Source: Candidatus Woesearchaeota archaeon
GTDB lineage: Archaea; Nanobdellota; Nanobdellia; Pacearchaeales; GW2011-AR1
Direction of reading: 5' to 3'
Length of the DNA stretch: 64,000 bases
Assembly (NCBI GenBank): GCA_964409005.1
Contig: CAYPBR010000001.1
Span: forward strand, 18,383 to 82,382
This document shows positions 18,239 through 28,378 of this stretch, one piece after another. Position 1 is the first letter of the stretch; every line of letters begins with the position of its first letter. A model generated the notes under the pieces. It had not been told where the DNA came from and ran no database searches. It saw only the letters and a program-made list of their open reading frames with translations. Made by a program: the position numbers and the translations under genes.

Positions 18239-19020
18239 GGTAAGTCCTCCACTATAACATCTGATTTTAATTTTAAAAGTTCATAATTATCAGTCAAGAG
18301 CGACTTGTTCTCTTCCAAACTAATAATCCATTTTTTATATTTTACATTAAGTGGTTTGTATTTTAATGCTTCGCTTAAATCTTTGCAATTGCTAACAATG
18401 CTTTTAGCTAACTCTTCAGGAAAATAGCGTATACCAGTAATATTATCTTTTTTATCACCACGTATCATTTTGTAAAGAAGTATTCGTTCAGGTGGGTAAC
18501 CATATAAATCTTTTAAATGTTCGTAACTTAAAACTTTATTCTTTTTAAAAACTTCACAATTCTCATTCATTATTTGTAACCAGTCACTATCCTCCGATAC
18601 TAGCATTATTTTATATTTATCTTTATATTTTTCACAATAATAAGCTGCAACATCATCCGCTTCATATCCAGGTACAAATTTCTGTTCAATTCCTAAAAGC
18701 GATAGCAACTCTTTTAAGTACACTATAGCTTTTGTTAAATCGTCAGGTCTTGCTGATCTATTAGCTTTATATGTTTCATTGATTTTCTTTCTAACTAAAG
18801 AATTCCCTTCCCATGCTACAATTAATTTCATTTCTTCATGATCTCTTTTCAATCTTAAAACTAAAGAAAGAAAACCATGATATAAACCTGTTTTAGTACC
18901 GTCTTTACTTCTAAGTTTAGAAAGTCCATAATAGTAATTATAAACTTGATTCATCGCGTCTACAATAATATAACCCTGTACTACACCTTTCTTTTTAACT
19001 TCTTTAGTTAGCGATGTCAT
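18148..19020 (-). CDS. flap endonuclease / 5'-3' exonuclease (FEN, RNase H-like)
   Basis: 'YIIVDAMNQVY' and 'FVPGYEADDVAAYY' are the conserved acidic metal-binding motifs of 5'-3' exonucleases (Pol I N-terminal domain / T4 RNase H / T5 D15). Confidence 0.75.
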   Translation of the reverse strand: MTSLTKEVKKKGVVQGYIIVDAMNQVYNYYYGLSKLRSKDGTKTGLYHGFLSLVLRLKRDHEEMKLIVAWEGNSLVRKKINETYKANRSARPDDLTKAIVYLKELLSLLGIEQKFVPGYEADDVAAYYCEKYKDKYKIMLVSEDSDWLQIMNENCEVFKKNKVLSYEHLKDLYGYPPERILLYKMIRGDKKDNITGIRYFPEELAKSIVSNCKDLSEALKYKPLNVKYKKWIISLEENKSLLTDNYELLKLKSDVIVEDLPCRKKKNISRLKEQLINLQLYKVFSLVKKM

Positions 19021-19040
19021 ATTAACTATCCATTAATTTT

Positions 19041-19466
19041 TTATATACTCTCATTATTCTTAACTCCGTAGTCCACCATCCCTTTAAAATCCGACCACTC
19101 TAATGATACCACTATATTCTCGAATTGTAAATCCCTTTTACCATTTTTTATCCAACGATAAAGTTTCTTGAAATATTTTAATCTCATCAGTACCTTAGTC
19201 TTATTACTATATGTCTTTCTATAACAAATTAGTAATATATCACTTTCGTTTTCCCGGTACTTCTCAATTTCTTTTATTTCCTTTTCAATAATCAAATTAT
19301 TCCTATTTTTACATTCAATAAGTAATCGATTTCCAGGATCAAGACACTTTACAACATCAGGTACACTTTCTCCAAGATGAGACTTAGAGTATCTTTCAAC
19401 TCCCAAAGCTCTCGCTATATCAAGTTCGAATTTCTTCCATCCAGTTTTACTCATTATTTTTTCCAA
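19041..19466 (-). CDS. PD-(D/E)xK nuclease, possibly a Holliday-junction resolvase (Hjc-like)
   Basis: 'VPDVVKCLDPGNRLLIECKNR' gives a PD...(E)xK core. Confidence 0.45.
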   Translation of the reverse strand: MEKIMSKTGWKKFELDIARALGVERYSKSHLGESVPDVVKCLDPGNRLLIECKNRNNLIIEKEIKEIEKYRENESDILLICYRKTYSNKTKVLMRLKYFKKLYRWIKNGKRDLQFENIVVSLEWSDFKGMVDYGVKNNESI

Positions 19467-19768
19467 CCATTAGTCACATAGTAATCCATACGTTCATCCA
19501 TCATATCTTTTTCTACCCTTTGATATAAATTACTTATTGAATGATCTTCTGTAACTTTAGCAACTAATAAATTGTCTGGTAAAGAATACTTAACGAGCTG
19601 AACTACTTCTTTAAGTTGCCAAACTCCAAATAATTCAAGACCTTCAAATGGTAAAAAAGGTAATTGAATTTCTCTCGTAACAATATAATGCAGTTCCCAG
19701 TCTTCTCGATTAAATATACAACTCGGTATTACTATTTCTTTTTCTAAAGTAACATCATAATAATACAT
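19454..19768 (-). CDS. hypothetical protein (104 aa)
   Basis: Minus-strand ORF. Confidence 0.4.
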   Translation of the reverse strand: MYYYDVTLEKEIVIPSCIFNREDWELHYIVTREIQLPFLPFEGLELFGVWQLKEVVQLVKYSLPDNLLVAKVTEDHSISNLYQRVEKDMMDERMDYYVTNGWKK

Positions 19769-19790
19769 TTTTTTCTCCTTTTTAAAAATT

Positions 19791-20183
19791 TTAATAACTA
19801 CAATACTGTACTACATACAAACTAAACTTCTTTTCATCCCACATTCCCAAAGGACTTAATATATTTTTTATATCTTCTTTCATTTGTAGAGTGTTTGAAA
19901 TATCCATAAATCTTGATGGAGTACCGTCATCAGCTTTTACAAAATATCCTATAAAAGCTTCTCGTTGATCTGTAGACCATATTAATTCCAGAACCCCTAA
20001 TTTATCTTCTAAGTCAATTTCCACAACTTCTTTTTTTCTAACAACTTCACCACATATAGGACAAAAATTGGTATCAGGAAGTGTAGTATGTCTATGTACA
20101 AATTCAACAACCTCCTCCTTAAATAGTTTCCCAAGTGGTATTTGACAACCAATCACAGCATAAGAATAATAAGATACACTCAT
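19791..20183 (-). CDS. hypothetical protein (130 aa) with a CxxC motif
   Basis: 'CPICGEVV'. Confidence 0.4.
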   Translation of the reverse strand: MSVSYYSYAVIGCQIPLGKLFKEEVVEFVHRHTTLPDTNFCPICGEVVRKKEVVEIDLEDKLGVLELIWSTDQREAFIGYFVKADDGTPSRFMDISNTLQMKEDIKNILSPLGMWDEKKFSLYVVQYCSY

Positions 20184-20196
20184 TTTTTTCTCCTTT

Positions 20197-20517
20197 CTAA
20201 AGGTCTATAACATTTATAGTTGATTTTATTTTAGGTACTATTGCTTCACCTTCAATTAATATTTTACCTTGAAATGCCTTCAAATCCATATTATGGCAGC
20301 GAAAACTTTTAACAAACTGTTTTAAATATTTTACACTATCCTTTTCTAAAGGTGTACCCCCGATCTCATCTTTTTCAACATCCAACCATTCATCCCTGTC
20401 ATCATAAATATTTAACTGAATAAACCCCTCATCACAAACTATTTCAAATATCATTTTTTTCTCCTCTTTATAAAAGTGCGTTCCAGTATCGCCATTACAG
20501 CATACCTCAATTACCAT
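20197..20517 (-). CDS. hypothetical protein (106 aa)
   Basis: Minus-strand ORF. Confidence 0.4.
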   Translation of the reverse strand: MVIEVCCNGDTGTHFYKEEKKMIFEIVCDEGFIQLNIYDDRDEWLDVEKDEIGGTPLEKDSVKYLKQFVKSFRCHNMDLKAFQGKILIEGEAIVPKIKSTINVIDL

Positions 20518-20732
20518 TCTTCTACTCCTTTAACACCGGCTTTTTCCAATGCCGTTTTAGAACAATCTTTTAACAAAGTTCTTTTCTTTTTAGTTTTTCT
20601 TATTGACCTCGGAGCTAACAACTCTCCAGTGATAAAATCCCTACGTCGCACTCCATCGTGATATTCTATTGATTTAGATTTCCCTGAATTCCTACCTACT
20701 GCTTTTTCTTTTTTCCTACTTTTTACTTTCAT
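20511..20732 (-). CDS. hypothetical highly basic protein (73 aa)
   Basis: K/R-rich. Confidence 0.4.
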   Translation of the reverse strand: MKVKSRKKEKAVGRNSGKSKSIEYHDGVRRRDFITGELLAPRSIRKTKKKRTLLKDCSKTALEKAGVKGVEEW

Positions 20733-21225
20733 GTTTTATTACCTCCTTAGATAATTCGTCTGCTCCTTCAAATAAGTTTACTAACATAATAATAACTTCA
20801 CGTGAGTCTAAACACTCCAACCCTTTAAAATCTCTCATCAAATCCCTATGATTAATATAATTAATTAAATCGGTTATCTCGCTTTTAATATGTTCATTAA
20901 TATCACATGTTACACTATTCTCAAAGCTTATTTGAAAAGAATAGTTTCCATATTTTTTCAAACCAAATCTTCTTTTATCAGCGGTAAAATCTTGTATTCT
21001 TTTAGGTATTACATACTGGTTTTCTCTTTTTATTATAGCTTCTTCATAGATTGTTTCATAATCATGTAATTTCTTTTTTTCATCCATTTCGATTTCATGA
21101 TCTTCTTTAGTAAATTCAAATCCTATAATACTTTTTTTATCCTGCAAATCACTACGTAATGGATCAACCAAAAAAGCGCCATTACTAGTTCCTACACTTT
21201 TATTATCTACTTTATCTACTCCCAT
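20716..21225 (-). CDS. hypothetical protein (169 aa)
   Basis: Minus-strand ORF. Confidence 0.4.
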   Translation of the reverse strand: MGVDKVDNKSVGTSNGAFLVDPLRSDLQDKKSIIGFEFTKEDHEIEMDEKKKLHDYETIYEEAIIKRENQYVIPKRIQDFTADKRRFGLKKYGNYSFQISFENSVTCDINEHIKSEITDLINYINHRDLMRDFKGLECLDSREVIIMLVNLFEGADELSKEVIKHESKK

Positions 21226-22784
21226 ACTATTGCCTCCTTAAACCATTTTGGTAACATCTTTTTATTCATTCCATAAAACATTCTAAAGTTTTTATCAATA
21301 CAATATGTTTCACAATAATCTTCATCAGTTCTTACACTACGTCCATAAGACTGTACCAATTTTAATGCAGTTAACCAACCATAATAAGATTTATCAATAT
21401 CCATCCTTGCTTTTATTTGTTTATCACTAAGATCAGGATAAGGTACCTTCATAATAATCTGGAATCTACTTAAATCATCTTTTAAATCAAGTCCTTCATG
21501 AAACCCACTCGCAACTATGACGCTATTTTTTCTCGCACTATGTTTTTTTAAAAGATCACTTGTACTACTAAAGTCACCTTTAAATAACATTCGTTTAAGA
21601 GTCTTTGCATTACAATGATTTTTAATATAAAACACTATCTTATTAGTGTGAGTATGTATTATACCTCGATCATCAGAATGCATATCCAAATATTGTTCTA
21701 TAATTTTCGGTATCTTTTTTATCTCTTCTTTATATGTTTTCCATGTTAAATTAATTTGATCTGTGATATAAAATAATCTATTTTCTACAGGAAATAGAGA
21801 AGGCATCTCCATAAAACAGTACTCATCTTTTTTTATTCCAATATTTTTAGCAAAATTATCAGCATCTAAAATAGTCGCACTCATCATAAGAACATTATCA
21901 GCAAAATTAAATATTTGTGAGGTAAATGACCATACAAAAATTGGTTTGAATTTAATTTTTTGATATTCTCTTTCTTGAGTATATTCAAATACAAATTGTA
22001 TTCCCTGTTTTTTAACACGTTGAAAAATTGAAATTTTTTGAGCAAGTCTGTCAACCTTATCTTTAAATATTACTTGATCTATTGTCAATGATGCTCGACT
22101 ATCCAAGTCATTATATTTAGATAAAAGTTCTGTCTTATAACTTTCAACAAAAGTGTCATAATAGGTTATATCCGTAAAATCATTAGGTTTCGGAATTTCA
22201 CTATTAGTCAATAACCTATTATCAATAGTAAATGAAACAAAGTCCATAAACTTACTCTCTAAGTTATGAACCTCATCTATTATCATCAAAGGTCTTTTAG
22301 TAAAAAATATACCTTTCTGATAGTAAAATGAATCAAAGTTATGCACTGTTATGTCGGCTTTTTCTGCTTTATGCGCTTCTATTTTGTACGGACATTTACA
22401 TTCAGATTTCAATTCTTTATTATTAGTTTTCTCACATTCCCCAAGTGTGCATTTATCCCCATTTATTTTACAAATAAAATTACTCTTCCCTTTCATTACG
22501 AATAATTGACCTTCAAAATCTCTTGCATACTGATCTTGTAATAATTTTTGTATTGTAAGAATATGGGTTTTCTTACTCAATCGTTTATTCAAATCTGCTA
22601 AAGTCATAGCTATAGCTGATTTTCCACTTCCAGTTGGAGCTTCAAGAATTACATACTTATATTTTTTAAAGGCTTTAAGTATATCTTCTATCACTTCCTT
22701 TTGATTTTCCCTATATTCATTAAACGGAAAGGAATCATCAATTAACTTCTTCAAATCCACACTCACTACAGGTTTTATAGCCAT
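21216..22784 (-). CDS. SF2 helicase of the Rad3/XPD/DinG family, with an Fe-S-like Cys cluster
   Basis: Walker A 'EAPTGSGKSAIAM'. DEAH-like 'MIIDEVHNL'. Four-Cys insert 'CKINGDKCTLGEC...CKCPY' between the helicase motifs. Confidence 0.7.
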   Translation of the reverse strand: MAIKPVVSVDLKKLIDDSFPFNEYRENQKEVIEDILKAFKKYKYVILEAPTGSGKSAIAMTLADLNKRLSKKTHILTIQKLLQDQYARDFEGQLFVMKGKSNFICKINGDKCTLGECEKTNNKELKSECKCPYKIEAHKAEKADITVHNFDSFYYQKGIFFTKRPLMIIDEVHNLESKFMDFVSFTIDNRLLTNSEIPKPNDFTDITYYDTFVESYKTELLSKYNDLDSRASLTIDQVIFKDKVDRLAQKISIFQRVKKQGIQFVFEYTQEREYQKIKFKPIFVWSFTSQIFNFADNVLMMSATILDADNFAKNIGIKKDEYCFMEMPSLFPVENRLFYITDQINLTWKTYKEEIKKIPKIIEQYLDMHSDDRGIIHTHTNKIVFYIKNHCNAKTLKRMLFKGDFSSTSDLLKKHSARKNSVIVASGFHEGLDLKDDLSRFQIIMKVPYPDLSDKQIKARMDIDKSYYGWLTALKLVQSYGRSVRTDEDYCETYCIDKNFRMFYGMNKKMLPKWFKEAIVWE

Positions 22785-23166
22785 TAGCCACCTCTCTAAG
22801 ATATTTATATGTATTACGACCTATTAAAATATTTATAACTCTTTCCCTAAATATTTTAGTATTATCAAATTTTTTATGACATAGATTGCAAGCACACCAA
22901 CCATTCTGTAAAATATATCTTGTTGCTATTATTTTGCGTGGTATAATATGAGCAACTCCATGCCCTTCCTTACCACACCATTCACATTTACAACCATTTT
23001 TAAGTCTTATCGCCATCGACCACCTGCGGGCTCGACGGTCTAATGCCAGTCTTTGCATTTTTTTGTACTTCTTTTGTAAGTGATGTTTCGGTTTCATGTA
23101 TAACTCCCTCATCGTCAAATACTCCTTCAAAATCTTCTCCAAGAAGTTCATCATCGCCACTTTCAA
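22738..23166 (-). CDS. Cys/His-rich HNH-like protein; the true start is probably an internal Met near 23016-23058
   Basis: 'CKCEWCGKEGHGVAHIIPRK...CACNLCHKKFDN'. The 5' end overlaps the upstream acidic-protein ORF. Confidence 0.4.
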   Translation of the reverse strand: MKVAMMNFLEKILKEYLTMRELYMKPKHHLQKKYKKMQRLALDRRARRWSMAIRLKNGCKCEWCGKEGHGVAHIIPRKIIATRYILQNGWCACNLCHKKFDNTKIFRERVINILIGRNTYKYLREVANGYKTCSECGFEEVN

Positions 23167-23467
23167 CCATTACTATTCCAGTCTCTTCTATTTTTTCATC
23201 TAAAGTACTATCAATAAATGCATCTTCCGTATCAATCGGTTCTTCATCTTTTTCAATTCTCTGTTCATTCAAAGTAGGAACGCTTTTACCTTGATCTATA
23301 GCTTCAATAACAAGGCCCATTGTCTCTACCATTATCTTATTTAAATCTATATTTCTCCAAGATAAATCTTTAGCATTATAATGTATCCTATTTTTTTTCA
23401 TATCATCTAAAATGATTTTTGCATTTTTTACTGCTTCATAAGCATTATTCAACTTTTCATTTTCCAT
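23000..23467 (-). CDS. acidic protein (155 aa)
   Basis: C-terminal D/E-rich tract. Confidence 0.45.
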   Translation of the reverse strand: MENEKLNNAYEAVKNAKIILDDMKKNRIHYNAKDLSWRNIDLNKIMVETMGLVIEAIDQGKSVPTLNEQRIEKDEEPIDTEDAFIDSTLDEKIEETGIVMVESGDDELLGEDFEGVFDDEGVIHETETSLTKEVQKNAKTGIRPSSPQVVDGDKT

Positions 23468-23479
23468 CTTTTTCGCTCC

Positions 23480-24034
23480 TTAGGCTATTTTATTACTTTT
23501 CTTTAAATTATCTTCCCACCATAAAGGTTGTAAATTACTATAATGAAAACATTTTCTTTGCTCTTTTAATTTAGTCAAATCAAATTCAGAGCATGGTATT
23601 ATATGATCAATATGCCATTCTCCATAATTTTCAAAAGTCATTCCCACTTGAAATTGAGATTCCAAATGAGATAAAAATTCCTCAATACTGCATCCTAATA
23701 GTTTTATTGTAAAAGCTGATTTATTTGTTCCCTTTAATGCTTGCCGTATTCTACTTCTCAAATTATTAATAATACGTCCCTGTAATGTCTGACTATATTG
23801 CTTATTGTTCCGCTTTTTATATTTCTTATATTTTTCAGATTGATAATATCGCTTTCTTATTTTTTTAAATTTTTCAGTTTGAGAATATTCCTTATAATAT
23901 TCATTCATACATTCTTTACACCAATTACAATATCCATCTCTTTGAAATTTATTTTTACTAAACTCTATTAAAGATTTTTCTTTACCGCATCCACTACATC
24001 TTTTTTCTTCTTTTACTATCAGTTTTATTCTCAT
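23480..24034 (-). CDS. HNH endonuclease (paralog of 38550..39074)
   Basis: Zinc-finger 'CSGCGKEK...CNWCKEC'. HNH core 'EWHIDHIIPCSEF' and 'NLQPLWWEDNLKKSNK'. Confidence 0.65.
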   Translation of the reverse strand: MRIKLIVKEEKRCSGCGKEKSLIEFSKNKFQRDGYCNWCKECMNEYYKEYSQTEKFKKIRKRYYQSEKYKKYKKRNNKQYSQTLQGRIINNLRSRIRQALKGTNKSAFTIKLLGCSIEEFLSHLESQFQVGMTFENYGEWHIDHIIPCSEFDLTKLKEQRKCFHYSNLQPLWWEDNLKKSNKIA

Positions 24035-26145
24035 ACTATTGCCTCTGTTTTTAGTTCTGTAAATCCCTCTTCGTTCATTTCAACTTCAATTATATATTCA
24101 AACGTACTTTGTAATTCTGTATGAGTTATAACAAATATTTGTGCAAATTCTTCTTTCATTAATTTTATCATATTAGCAAGTTCAACTCTTGAGTTATCAT
24201 CAAGAGCACCAAATATTTCATCAAGTATTACAAAATCAATTATCGAATTCATTCTCAATAATTTATATCTTGCTAACGATGTTCTTAAAGCAAAAGAAGT
24301 CAAATCCCACTCACCACCAGACAATCCATTAACCATTCTTTTGCCTTTATCATCTATTAAATAAATATCAATTACATCTGATATATTACCTTTTTGACCT
24401 TCCTTAGTTTTTTCAAATATAATTTCCTTATGAACTGCTCCCACTTCACTCATTACATTATTGGCGTGTTCTTCAAGTTCTTCTATACCAATTGAAATTA
24501 TTTCCATTTTACATTTTTCAAATATATCTTCAAGAACAGCTCTATCGGAAACTTTTCTACGTAATTCATTTTGAATTCTTTTAACTTCAGCAATTTTTTT
24601 CTTTAATTTTTTAACTCGTTCCAGCAATGTTTGTTTTTTTGATAACTCACTTATCTTTTCTTCTATTGATAAGTTATATAAACTAACTTTATTATTAATC
24701 ACTTTTTTTTCTTTATTTAGTTTTTCTAAAATAACTTTATCAACTCTTAATTCTCCTATTTTTGTCTTACTTATATTTACTAAATCAAGTTTATGTTTCC
24801 ACTCTTCTATTTGAGTTAAATAAGCATCCAAAAAATCTTGCTTACCCTTTAATGATATTGATAAAGTTTTAATTTTAATTTCTATTCTTTGCTGATCATT
24901 CCATTTTTTTATTTGAAGTTGCTTTACTCTTTTAATTTCAGCAATTTTACGCTGTTCTATTGTAATTGAATTACTTAAATCAATATTGCTTTCCTGCAAA
25001 TCCTTTATGATATTTTTAGCGAATTTAGTTTTAGCTTTCTTTATTTCACTTGACATTTTAGCTCCGCAAGTGGGACAAATATCAAAATTAAGATTTTCTA
25101 AAGCCGAAACAGCAAGTTGTATCTTAGCATTATTTACTTGTACATCAACTGTCTTTTTATCAACTACATCCTTTTTATTGTCTAATTTCTCCTGATTTTT
25201 TTCAGACCATTCTTTAACAGATGTCTTGATTAATAATTTCTTTGAATTTATATCTTTATTAATAAACATTATTTCTCTCAAATACTTATTTTTACTAACA
25301 ACTCCTTTTTCAATTTCATATTCAATATCTTGAATCTTATCTTTTACTACCTGAAGTTTTCTTTTATTTTCAATCGCTTTAGCGTTTTTATTAACTTCTT
25401 CTTTTATTTTTGTTTCTATTAAAATATTCTTTTTATTTAAGCTTTGTATACTTCTTTTTAACTCCTCAACTGAAACCTTTAGTTTTACAACAGTAGATTT
25501 AAGATCACTCTCGGTTGACATATCCTTTTGCTCTTCTAAAAGAGTATATAATCTGCCTTCATGTTGTATTAATTCAGTAGAGAATATATTTCTTTCTTTA
25601 GCTGATTTCTTTTTAGCATCATCAAAAATATATGACTTAAAAAACTTCTGCAAAAATTTAATTCTTTCCGATGATCCTGATTTTAATAATGTATCATGTT
25701 CTTTTTGTCTAAAGAAATAAGATGCTTTAAAATCTTCAGGAGTAATAGAAAAATATTTATTTATATATTGCTGTCCTTCACGTGTACCTGATGCAACTAT
25801 CTCTTTATTTAATTTTACTTCAACAGTACTGGAAGTAGCTTTGCTGTTTACTTTCTTTTTTAATATCCTAGTTATTTCTAATTTATTCTTTTTGTTGATA
25901 TGAATCATACTAACCTTAGTAAAATCTTGTCCTATTCGTATTACTTCAAAATCTGTTTTATATCTATGATTTCCAGTTACTGCAAAATGAATAGTTTCAC
26001 TTAATGAACTTTTACCTGTACCATTTGAATAACCTTTTTTATCTTTATAACTTCCAAGTATACATACAATATCAATCTTACTAAGATTATTAAGTTCAAT
26101 TTTCTTTATAGATAAAAAGTTTTCGATACATAGAGACTCAATCAT
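24031..26145 (-). CDS. sbcC: SbcC/Rad50-like ATPase (T4 gp46-like)
   Basis: Walker A 'GSYKDKKGYSNGTGKSSL'. Long coiled coil with a CxxC zinc hook 'CPTCGAKM'. ABC signature 'LSGGEW'. Walker B/D-loop 'FVILDEIFGALD'. Confidence 0.8.
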   Translation of the reverse strand: MIESLCIENFLSIKKIELNNLSKIDIVCILGSYKDKKGYSNGTGKSSLSETIHFAVTGNHRYKTDFEVIRIGQDFTKVSMIHINKKNKLEITRILKKKVNSKATSSTVEVKLNKEIVASGTREGQQYINKYFSITPEDFKASYFFRQKEHDTLLKSGSSERIKFLQKFFKSYIFDDAKKKSAKERNIFSTELIQHEGRLYTLLEEQKDMSTESDLKSTVVKLKVSVEELKRSIQSLNKKNILIETKIKEEVNKNAKAIENKRKLQVVKDKIQDIEYEIEKGVVSKNKYLREIMFINKDINSKKLLIKTSVKEWSEKNQEKLDNKKDVVDKKTVDVQVNNAKIQLAVSALENLNFDICPTCGAKMSSEIKKAKTKFAKNIIKDLQESNIDLSNSITIEQRKIAEIKRVKQLQIKKWNDQQRIEIKIKTLSISLKGKQDFLDAYLTQIEEWKHKLDLVNISKTKIGELRVDKVILEKLNKEKKVINNKVSLYNLSIEEKISELSKKQTLLERVKKLKKKIAEVKRIQNELRRKVSDRAVLEDIFEKCKMEIISIGIEELEEHANNVMSEVGAVHKEIIFEKTKEGQKGNISDVIDIYLIDDKGKRMVNGLSGGEWDLTSFALRTSLARYKLLRMNSIIDFVILDEIFGALDDNSRVELANMIKLMKEEFAQIFVITHTELQSTFEYIIEVEMNEEGFTELKTEAIV

Positions 26146-27244
26146 TTACGTCCTCCAAAATTGTTTTTCCTAAGCTCATAATTCTTTTTCTACTTTCAAC
26201 TTTTTTAACCATTTTATTTATATTTCGTATAAATATTTTATTAGGTGTCATTGATAAAGTTTTACTATCGGAATTTTCCAGCTCTTCTATATTTTCCTTT
26301 ACCGTACGTACTTCATAATCCATAACCCTCGCGTTAACTTGTTCAAATTTATCCGATATATCCCTTGCACTAATTTTATATCTATTTTTCTTATTAGCTG
26401 TTACTCTTATATATACTAAAAAGTTTTTATACTTTTTTAACTTTGCAATTGGTAGTGAAAATGTATCTTTACTATGTAAATCAATATTTATAAGTGCCAT
26501 TTGTTGACAATGTAAAGGTATGCTTTCAAGATTCTGAGTTTCAGTATCATATATCACAAATCTTTTTATCTCTTTTCTTTCAGCTAATGAATGTCTAACA
26601 GGACTCCCAGGAATAATAACTCTTCCAATGTCCTGCGCTTTGTGTACATGACCGCATATTACAAGTGAATTCTTAAATATAGAACAGTCAATATATCTTG
26701 TACTTCCAGCAAACATTTCCTGCTCTGCTCCAGGCACAGAAGTTGTAGGTTGAAAATGTCCTATAATAATAGGCTTACTTATTTTATATTTAGATATTTC
26801 ACTTTTTACATATTCAGTATAGTTTTTAAAATCTTTATATATTTCTTTTTTAATATGCGGAACAAAAATTATACCTGCTTCTTCAAACAATTGTATTCTA
26901 TCAGTTACATAAATGCTTTTATCATGTAGCTTTCCTAATATATTAGTTAAGGCCGTACCTGATTCTTTTGTTTCGTGATTGCCGGAAATAACAGCTACTT
27001 TAATATTTTTTAAATGGAACCGCCTAAATGCATTAACTACTTTAATAAAGTAATAAGCCGACACAACGCTTTTATCAAATAAATCTCCGGCAACTACAAA
27101 CCATTCAACTTTACGTTTACAACATTCATCAAGCATCGTTGTTATCTGCTTATCTAAATCGAGTTCTCTATTAGGAATTCCGTCAATCAAGTATGTTTTA
27201 TTCATATAATCCAAATGCCAATCTGCACTTATGGCTATTTTCAT
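26138..27244 (-). CDS. sbcD: SbcD/Mre11-like nuclease (T4 gp47-like)
   Basis: Calcineurin-like phosphoesterase motifs 'IAISADWHLD', 'VVAGDLFD', 'GNHE' and 'GHVH'. Confidence 0.8.
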   Translation of the reverse strand: MKIAISADWHLDYMNKTYLIDGIPNRELDLDKQITTMLDECCKRKVEWFVVAGDLFDKSVVSAYYFIKVVNAFRRFHLKNIKVAVISGNHETKESGTALTNILGKLHDKSIYVTDRIQLFEEAGIIFVPHIKKEIYKDFKNYTEYVKSEISKYKISKPIIIGHFQPTTSVPGAEQEMFAGSTRYIDCSIFKNSLVICGHVHKAQDIGRVIIPGSPVRHSLAERKEIKRFVIYDTETQNLESIPLHCQQMALINIDLHSKDTFSLPIAKLKKYKNFLVYIRVTANKKNRYKISARDISDKFEQVNARVMDYEVRTVKENIEELENSDSKTLSMTPNKIFIRNINKMVKKVESRKRIMSLGKTILEDVND

Positions 27245-27421
27245 TCTTTTATCCCTCCTACAAAATATATATAGAGTTCCCTCTAATTACTATCTCTTGC
27301 CATTCCAACTTTTTACCGGTTCCCTTACATTGTTCACATTTATTAGAATAACTATAAGGTATTACTCTAATACCTTTACCTTTGCAAAATTCACATTCAT
27401 CATCAGTTTGCAATAGTATTT

Positions 27422-28378
27422 TCATTGTTTTAACAATTCCTTTATTTTTTTTACAAATACTTTATCAGTATCTAATCTCTTTGAAAAGGTAGAAAAATTA
27501 ATTTGTTTCATTCCCTTAATAGTTACTGTTTTGCTTGTTTTTATAGCTAATTCTTTTTCAACTAATACTTGAATCACATCTCGCTTTTTGTCAACTCCAA
27601 CACTATAAATTATAGGGATTGTAGTTTTTTGATAAGGTGGGAAAATTCTATTCTTAATGGTTTTGGCTGTAATATGTTTACCACGCTCAATTTTATTTTC
27701 AACCATTTTTCCTTTTCTCGGATCGCGAATTTCTATTCGTACATCAGCCCAAAACTTAAGCGCCTTCCCTCCCGGTTGAACTTCAGGATTGCCAAAAACT
27801 ACACCTATTTTATATCTTATTTGATTTGTAAATATTACTGCAGTAGGTGTCTTCATTTTTATTTTTGATGTTAGTTTCCGCAACCCTTTACCCATAAGCC
27901 TTGCATGTACACCCATTAAATCTTGATCCATTTCAGCCTCAATTTCAGCTAAAGGAGTCATACTTGCAACTGAATCAATAACAACTAAATCAACATTATG
28001 ATCAACTGCCCAAAATATCATTTCAAATGCTTCTTCACCAGTCCCCGGTTGACTAAATAATAAATCTTCAAAATTAACTCCTATATTTTTTGCATATTCA
28101 ATATTTAATGCATGTTCAGCATCTACAAACATCACTTTACCTTTTTGCCTTTGACACGAAGCTATCGCTTCCAATCCTAAAGTAGTTTTTCCGGAACCTT
28201 CCATCCCATATATTTCATATATTCTACCACGCACCACTCCAATTTCAGTATTGCCTGTAACTATTCTATTTAAAGCCCTTGAGCCTAAAGAAATATTACT
28301 GTTCTTTAGGCTATAAGCTTTAACTTGATTCCAATCAATAACTGATTCCCCAAAAGATGCTTTAAATTGATCTATCAT
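27422..28378 (-). CDS. RecA/UvsX-family recombinase
   Basis: Walker A 'GMEGSGKTTLGL'. 'VMFVDAEHALN' and 'LVVIDSVASM' are the RecA core motifs. Confidence 0.75.
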   Translation of the reverse strand: MIDQFKASFGESVIDWNQVKAYSLKNSNISLGSRALNRIVTGNTEIGVVRGRIYEIYGMEGSGKTTLGLEAIASCQRQKGKVMFVDAEHALNIEYAKNIGVNFEDLLFSQPGTGEEAFEMIFWAVDHNVDLVVIDSVASMTPLAEIEAEMDQDLMGVHARLMGKGLRKLTSKIKMKTPTAVIFTNQIRYKIGVVFGNPEVQPGGKALKFWADVRIEIRDPRKGKMVENKIERGKHITAKTIKNRIFPPYQKTTIPIIYSVGVDKKRDVIQVLVEKELAIKTSKTVTIKGMKQINFSTFSKRLDTDKVFVKKIKELLKQ

